Source: a virus. Taken from it: a stretch of 64,000 nucleotides of DNA. The translations under genes and the position numbers were made by a program. Shown here one piece after another: positions 58,550-64,000 of this stretch. The stretch lies in the IMG/VR virus record IMGVR_UViG_3300037851_000359, positions 32,001 to 96,000 of that record; one strand, 5' to 3'. The notes beneath the pieces were generated by a model, which worked only from the letters and a program-made list of their open reading frames with translations, was not told the origin of the DNA and made no database searches. Position 1 is the stretch's first letter. Every line of letters starts with the position of its first letter.

Positions 58550-59518
58550 TTAATCTAAAAACATGTCCTCTATGTCAATTATATCGAATCGTGGAAGTGA
58601 CCATTTTAAAACATCATAAATTTTTGTAAGACAAGCAACGAATACTTTCTGCAACATTGTATCATAGTCTACTATTATATTCAATTCTTTTGGAAAGTCA
58701 TCTTTAAATGCTATTGAATCAATTTCCAAATCTAAACATTTGCATGATTTTATATATACAACTTTGACTTTATCACCTTCATTAATATAATCATATTTAT
58801 TTTCAAGATTCATCTTTTTTATTAACATATTATAAAAAATACATCCTTTTATATGCTGAGGACAACCTTTAATGGGGAATCCTGTAGATGGATCTGTATA
58901 TTTTGAAATATTATTAGCGGAAGATACTTTAGCTATTTCACTTGGGGTCAATTTCTTTAATTCATCATAAGTATTTCTTAAATAATTTTTAATTTGGGTT
59001 TCATTATTAATTTGAAGAACATTTTTATAAAAATCTTTTAATTTATCTCTAATAATATCAGGAATATTTGATCTTACTGATTCAAGACCTTTAACTTCAA
59101 TTTCGTGTTCGTCGCCTGCTGGAACGGGTCCATCTTCACCAATTATAACCCAAGCAGAATATCTTTTTTTAGCGATATAAAATGCCCGGCGAGCAATCAT
59201 TTCCCGTTTAAATATTAATTTATTATCTGGGCAATTCATCATTTTTATAGTTAATTTTTTCATAGCAGAATCAATAATTGCCGTTAATAATTTATTAATA
59301 TTATTATTAATAAATTCAGATGCTTTTTGATTATCATTATAATATTGATAATTGAATGATTTTAAAATTTTACCAACATTAACATAACACGAATTATGAA
59401 CCAAAATGTCATTGGCAAAAAAGGTATGCGGGGTATCTTTCATTCCAATATCATATACATCTTGATATTCATCTGATATTTCTTCTATAGATACAATTTC
59501 ATCAATTTCTGGAATCAT
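58550..59518 (-). CDS. gp43: Family B DNA polymerase C-terminal part with N-terminal IntC (42 aa, 59393-59518)
   Basis: VYDIGM..FFANDILVHN|SCY; KREMI, AKKRY, KGLESVRS. Confidence 0.92.
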   Translation of the reverse strand: MIPEIDEIVSIEEISDEYQDVYDIGMKDTPHTFFANDILVHNSCYVNVGKILKSFNYQYYNDNQKASEFINNNINKLLTAIIDSAMKKLTIKMMNCPDNKLIFKREMIARRAFYIAKKRYSAWVIIGEDGPVPAGDEHEIEVKGLESVRSNIPDIIRDKLKDFYKNVLQINNETQIKNYLRNTYDELKKLTPSEIAKVSSANNISKYTDPSTGFPIKGCPQHIKGCIFYNMLIKKMNLENKYDYINEGDKVKVVYIKSCKCLDLEIDSIAFKDDFPKELNIIVDYDTMLQKVFVACLTKIYDVLKWSLPRFDIIDIEDMFLD

Positions 59519-59519
59519 A

Positions 59520-60635
59520 TTACCCTTTCAAGAAGGAAATAGTTTTAGTTAAAATGAGATCTGGATTTTCAGTCCAGTCATTTTCCCATATCACCAATAT
59601 ATCAGAAACTTCATTAGTTTCAAGGATTTTTTTTATACGAATATCATCGTACAACCATATGTCTTTTGCAATTTTACAACACTTATTTGGATAGTGAATT
59701 AATTCATCGGAATCATACATAGATGGATTAGCATGCCAATAATTTCCAAAAAATTCAATTGCTCGTTTATTGTTTTCGCAATAAAAATCAAGATAATAAC
59801 AAGAATTATCTTTTGCAATTATTAATTTTTCGCCATTATGAGAATTATAAAAACAATTATAAAACAAATTATTATCATTTAAACGCGAAAAAATTGAATC
59901 AAATAAAATTTTTGACGAATTTGATACTGAATAGGTTTTAAAATTATTATTTTCTCTCTTATTCAAAAATTCTAAATATTTAATCTTCCCTATTTCAGGT
60001 CCGAATTTATATACATAGGTTTCATATGAATGGGATTTTAAAAAATTGACTAATTTATATTTTTTCTCCCCCTTTTCTTTGCCATATTTTTCAATAAAAT
60101 ACTCCAATTTATTTGTATATGCTTGTTGACTGCAATAACGATTCCATTTTTCTAATCCAATTTCCTTTCCCCATTTTTTTATTAAATTTTCTTTTGTAAC
60201 GGATCTAGATTTATTAAATTCATCAAATTTTTTTTCATCCCATCCATATTTTTGTTTTTTATATTCATAGGTATTTTTTATTCTTTGTTTTTCACAATAT
60301 GTTTCCCATTTTTTAGTTCCTTCTTGTTTTCCATGTTTTTTAATAAAATTATCCAAAGTAACAGAATGATCATTTGCCCATTTAATTTTATTGATACTAG
60401 CATTTTCATGATTATCATTTTTAAAAATTCGAAAATATTCATAACTGCCCGGAATTCTTGACTTTGTAATAACTTCTGCTGTAGATTGTTCAAACCCTCT
60501 CAATAACCAATACTTTATATTCCGACAACTAATCCTTGATTTATTTTCACCATTATTTAATTTTATATTTTTTAATTTCCCCTCATTATGCAGATTTTTG
60601 ACAATAATTATTATTTTTTCATATTCAGTGTCCAT
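59520..60635 (-). CDS. Free-standing Vsr-like homing endonuclease
   Basis: Four KxGxExGxxK repeats; LDFY..IEFFGNYWH..VIWE. Confidence 0.8.
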   Translation of the reverse strand: MDTEYEKIIIIVKNLHNEGKLKNIKLNNGENKSRISCRNIKYWLLRGFEQSTAEVITKSRIPGSYEYFRIFKNDNHENASINKIKWANDHSVTLDNFIKKHGKQEGTKKWETYCEKQRIKNTYEYKKQKYGWDEKKFDEFNKSRSVTKENLIKKWGKEIGLEKWNRYCSQQAYTNKLEYFIEKYGKEKGEKKYKLVNFLKSHSYETYVYKFGPEIGKIKYLEFLNKRENNNFKTYSVSNSSKILFDSIFSRLNDNNLFYNCFYNSHNGEKLIIAKDNSCYYLDFYCENNKRAIEFFGNYWHANPSMYDSDELIHYPNKCCKIAKDIWLYDDIRIKKILETNEVSDILVIWENDWTENPDLILTKTISFLKG

Positions 60636-60669
60636 ATTTTACTCCGACAGAACTACCTGTGTCCGTATA

Positions 60670-60677
60670 TATTTATA
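60670..60677 (-). promoter_or_regulatory. Late promoter TATAAATA upstream of the endonuclease
   Basis: Exact motif in the short gap after polN. Confidence 0.5.
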
Positions 60678-60688
60678 AAAATAAACTA

Positions 60689-62854
60689 TCATTTTATACA
60701 AATTATTTTATCTCCCGGTGTTATTTCTTTTGGGGTTTTTTGTTTTAATATATCATTGACTAATATCATACAAGAATGATCTTCTGTTACATCTATATAT
60801 TTTCCAGATTTTGTTTTAATTCTATACATTTTCTTTTTTACAAAATGTCTTTCTATGAATTCAACCTTACCATATTTTATAATTTTTGATTCTTCATCAT
60901 AATATGGCAACGTCAATTTATCTGGAATTATATATTCTCTTCCGTTTGAATCAATATGATAAGTGTCAAAATTTTCATTTCCTAATACATTAAACAATTC
61001 TTTAATCTGCAATTTTTTTCCATCTTCAAGAGTTACTATAGAACCCCCCGCAATAGAATCTGTATCTTGATATATCATAACGCCATCATTAATATTTTTT
61101 GCATTATATGATTTTCCAATATTTGACAATTCCCAATTATTTTTAAAATAATTATCCAAAGCATCCCCTGATGCTACAATAGCTTGCTGTCCCGTTGAGG
61201 TTACGGCTAAAGCATTATCAATGTCAAACAATCTACTAAATTTTGACCCGACATAACCATACACAGAATTAATTAATATTTTATAATTTTTCTGTAATAA
61301 TTTATGAAGATTTTCATTTACATGATCCCCACTATCATGGCATTCAAATTGTTTTTTCTTATGATATTTTCTCTTCTCAAACCATTCTTTAACGAATTTA
61401 GGAACAATTCCAGTTTTTGATTGATCATAAACAGCACCATTAGTTGCAATTGAATATTTATTAGTTTTAATTAAATCAATTATATTTTTAACAGTATTTC
61501 CTAAATTATCAGCAATTTTATTTTCATTTTCTTCAGATAAGGTTTCACCATTTAATGCTTTCATGATATAAGGCACTATAAAATCAAAACATTTTCTAAC
61601 TTTAGTTTCTGGAGATATATTATGCATCATCATAATTGATGGATATAGAGAGGCAGCATCATATGACACTACCCAATCATGGCATCCCAAAACGGGATCA
61701 CGAACGAAAGCCCCCTCATATTCACCTTCTGCGGATCTATCGCAATCAGGCAAAATAATATGATCCAAGTATAATTTGGATAAAAAAGCTCCGTCTAGAA
61801 CTTTTGTAGTTTTTTCAAAATTTTCAAATTGTACTAAGCATCCATAAGATATAGATGCCAATAATTGCAAGAATCCATTTTTAATTTCTATTAAATTTAA
61901 AAGATTAACGTCTTGAATGTTATATTCGCAATATCGTTGCCAATCATTGTTATATAAATCTTTTAACGACCCTTCATATTCTAATTTAGCCCCCACCTTT
62001 TCAACTTTTGATGCTATATAATCCAGTTTAAATGAAGGTTGTTCTTTTTGTGTATATTTTTTATATAAATCAATATATTCAATAATATTAATTCCAACAA
62101 TTTCATAAATTTTAGTTTCTTTTACATTACCTTTTCCAAATTTAACTTGCTTAATACGTTCTCTAATATAACCTATTGGCGATAGCTTATTAACCATATT
62201 TTCGCTTAATAATTGTTTAGCTCTATTAATGATATAAGGAATATCGAATCGTGTTATATTCCATCCAGTTATAATGTCAGGATGTTGATTATTAATTACT
62301 GTTATAAACTTTTTTAGTAATGCTTCTTCGGTTCTACAAATAAATATTTCATCATTCGATGTTAATAATGGCCGACCTTTAATATCTTTTATATTAGTAT
62401 CGAATTCTTTTTCTGCAAAAACAAAATATTTTTTTTGCTTTGTTGAATATATGGTAATAATGGTTATAGGATGTTTTGCTTCTTCAGCATTAGGGAATCC
62501 AACTTCTGAATGGACCTCAATATCAATGAAAAATATATCAAGAACAGGTGGTTTAAATGGCATTCCAGCCCATTTTTGCATTATATATTTTGTTTCAATA
62601 TCAACATCAGATTCAAACATTTTTCTATTTGCTTCTTGATACATTTCTCGGGTTTCTTTATATTTACCCCAAGAATCAAATTCCATTTTTCGGACATAAT
62701 CACCGAAAATACTTTTATAATCAGTTTTTGAATCTGATTTTACATAAAAATATAGGGGGGCATCATCCTTGACATGAATTTTTTCCCCCCGATCATTATA
62801 TTCCCAAGAATGAATCTTATTTGATGATCGTGAAAAATAGATATAAGAAAACAT
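60689..62854 (-). CDS. gp43: Family B DNA polymerase N-terminal part with C-terminal IntN (122 aa, 60692-61057)
   Basis: DIEV, GWNITRFD, YNIQD exonuclease motifs; DAASLYPS; KILINSVYG; YQDTD|SIAG; intein block B VTEDHS. Confidence 0.95.
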   Translation of the reverse strand: MFSYIYFSRSSNKIHSWEYNDRGEKIHVKDDAPLYFYVKSDSKTDYKSIFGDYVRKMEFDSWGKYKETREMYQEANRKMFESDVDIETKYIMQKWAGMPFKPPVLDIFFIDIEVHSEVGFPNAEEAKHPITIITIYSTKQKKYFVFAEKEFDTNIKDIKGRPLLTSNDEIFICRTEEALLKKFITVINNQHPDIITGWNITRFDIPYIINRAKQLLSENMVNKLSPIGYIRERIKQVKFGKGNVKETKIYEIVGINIIEYIDLYKKYTQKEQPSFKLDYIASKVEKVGAKLEYEGSLKDLYNNDWQRYCEYNIQDVNLLNLIEIKNGFLQLLASISYGCLVQFENFEKTTKVLDGAFLSKLYLDHIILPDCDRSAEGEYEGAFVRDPVLGCHDWVVSYDAASLYPSIMMMHNISPETKVRKCFDFIVPYIMKALNGETLSEENENKIADNLGNTVKNIIDLIKTNKYSIATNGAVYDQSKTGIVPKFVKEWFEKRKYHKKKQFECHDSGDHVNENLHKLLQKNYKILINSVYGYVGSKFSRLFDIDNALAVTSTGQQAIVASGDALDNYFKNNWELSNIGKSYNAKNINDGVMIYQDTDSIAGGSIVTLEDGKKLQIKELFNVLGNENFDTYHIDSNGREYIIPDKLTLPYYDEESKIIKYGKVEFIERHFVKKKMYRIKTKSGKYIDVTEDHSCMILVNDILKQKTPKEITPGDKIICIK

Positions 62855-62862
62855 GATTACTA

Positions 62863-63315
62863 TTATACTCCGGTTGATCCAAATCCGTTGGTCCCACGTT
62901 CAACATTATTAGGTTCATGATTAATAGGGGTCAACACAATTTTTGGAAGTTTATTGAAAACCATTTGAGCTATTCTATCTCCAATTTTAACGACAAAATC
63001 AGTATTTCCATTATTAAATAAAATAACTTGAATATACCCGGTATAAGTGCAATCAATCGTACCAGGAGAATTTAAAACAAATACTTGATTTTTTGCTGCA
63101 AGACCGGATCGTGAACGAATTTGACACTCCCATCCTAATGGCATCTGTAATTTAATGCCAGTATTAATTACCATTGAAGATTTTGGCTTTATTATGCCTT
63201 CTATTGCCGAATGAATATCCCATCCAGCATCAGAACTATATTTTTGATAAGGGGCCTTTGCTTCTGGAAATATTATTGAATCAATATAAAAGCCTATCTC
63301 TGTTATTTCTTGCAT
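62863..63315 (-). CDS. dut: Trimeric dUTPase
   Basis: DAGWD, RSRSGLA, GTIDCTYTG, GDRIAQ, RGTNGFGSTG. Confidence 0.95.
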   Translation of the reverse strand: MQEITEIGFYIDSIIFPEAKAPYQKYSSDAGWDIHSAIEGIIKPKSSMVINTGIKLQMPLGWECQIRSRSGLAAKNQVFVLNSPGTIDCTYTGYIQVILFNNGNTDFVVKIGDRIAQMVFNKLPKIVLTPINHEPNNVERGTNGFGSTGV

Positions 63316-63336
63316 ATATTATTTTCCTTAAATATT

Positions 63337-63678
63337 TCAATTTGGTTGTTCGGTGATTTCAGGATTTATACCTTTAAGTTCCTGAGAGGTTGCGGTTGGT
63401 TTGTCATTCTTTTCTGAATAAAACATATCAACACCAGTATACATGGCTATTTGCTGGGTAATACCAAATGCAGACATACCTTGACGCTTTAAGCATTCAA
63501 TAAACTTTTCTGAGTCTAATGGACCACATAACGAGGGTGCCCCGCGACCAGTACCATTTCTCCGGTATTCCCGTATATCACAATCAACTTCGCTATCATC
63601 CCAAACTACGATCTTTATCATATAAGCCTTCTTTGGCTTTTCTTCTTTTATCTGCTCGGCATCTTCGTGTTTTCCCAT
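63337..63678 (-). CDS. Hypothetical protein
   Basis: GGAGGA RBS before ATG 63678; the ORF-track TTG start is the -35 box. Confidence 0.65.
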   Translation of the reverse strand: MGKHEDAEQIKEEKPKKAYMIKIVVWDDSEVDCDIREYRRNGTGRGAPSLCGPLDSEKFIECLKRQGMSAFGITQQIAMYTGVDMFYSEKNDKPTATSQELKGINPEITEQPN

Positions 63679-63716
63679 ATATCCTCCATGGTTAGGGTTA
63701 TTGGTTGGGATTATCA

Positions 63717-63744
63717 ATTCTAAGTCATTATTTATTAATGTCAA
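63717..63744 (-). promoter_or_regulatory. sigma70-like promoter TTGACA-N16-TAGAAT
   Basis: Head of the dut-pol transcription unit. Confidence 0.75.
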
Positions 63745-63783
63745 GGCATGATTAAAACTTGAGGTTGTTTGTTATAATAAATT

Positions 63784-64000
63784 ATGAAAAAATGCAAAAA
63801 ATGCGGAAAACCTATCACAAAAAGAACGGTATGTGAATCTTGCCGAAAAAAACATAACAGAGAGTTAAAAAGAGATTTTATTTTTAATATAACAGGAAAT
63901 AAATGTTGGTTATGCGGATATAATAAAGAACAATTTACTAAATTCCTATTATCATTCCATCATATGGAAAATAAAGAATTTTCAATAGCATTATCTAATA
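63784..64000 (+). CDS. HNH-endonuclease-like zinc-finger protein, 3'-truncated
   Basis: MKKCKKCG..CESC..KCWLCGY..SFHH..KEFSI, open to the window end. Confidence 0.65.
   Translation, partial: MKKCKKCGKPITKRTVCESCRKKHNRELKRDFIFNITGNKCWLCGYNKEQFTKFLLSFHHMENKEFSIALSN

Noticed and set aside
60636-60670. RBS-sequestering hairpin upstream of the endonuclease
   Set aside because: Only a 4-bp ACAG/CTGT stem, which does not cover the GGAG.
59519-60688. Group I intron interrupting the polymerase
   Set aside because: Non-coding gaps are only about 53 nt and 1 nt, too small for a ribozyme core; split-intein motifs explain the layout.
2010-63356. Short ORF-track entries antisense to or nested in long genes (e.g. 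2010-2240, 9304-9690, 35759-36073, 56550-56876)
   Set aside because: Shadow frames of well-supported genes, with no RBS or motifs.
1-64000. Stop-codon reassignment
   Set aside because: Conserved genes are full length and tightly packed under the standard code; the breaks in pol and tnpB have other explanations.
1-64000. Other TATAAATA matches inside genes
   Set aside because: This 8-mer is expected many times by chance in such AT-rich DNA; only intergenic, correctly oriented copies were kept.

Overview
AT-rich fragment of a large T4-like (jumbo) bacteriophage genome read with the standard code. 1-9 kb (+): three related fibre/adhesin-like virion genes built from shared repeat modules, plus a lectin-like gene. 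9-12.6 kb (-): late genes resembling internal head proteins. 12.6-29 kb (-): accessory and nucleotide-metabolism genes (DHFR, tRNA-Thr, peptide deformylase, two different thymidylate-synthase-fold genes, one with a LAGLIDADG intein, a frameshifted TnpB element, macro domain, GmhA, three TNSSSSS paralogs). 29-41.5 kb: patatin plus a ~12-gene glycosyl/methyltransferase island. 41.5-63.3 kb (-): T4-type replisome (topo II subunits, primase, RegA, clamp and loaders, gp32, gp59-like, helicase, UvsX, dUTPase) with rml genes interleaved. The DNA polymerase is fractured into two genes joined by a Ser/Ser split intein with a free-standing endonuclease between them. Less obvious signals: 12 sigma70-like promoters that all have a 16-nt spacer; a sigma-region-4/gp33-like hybrid at the gp33 position; a candidate -1 frameshift extending patatin; a TnpB element that appears to split a membrane-protein gene; and an A54/U58 swap in the tRNA T-loop. 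All calls come from motif recognition by eye; no searches were run.
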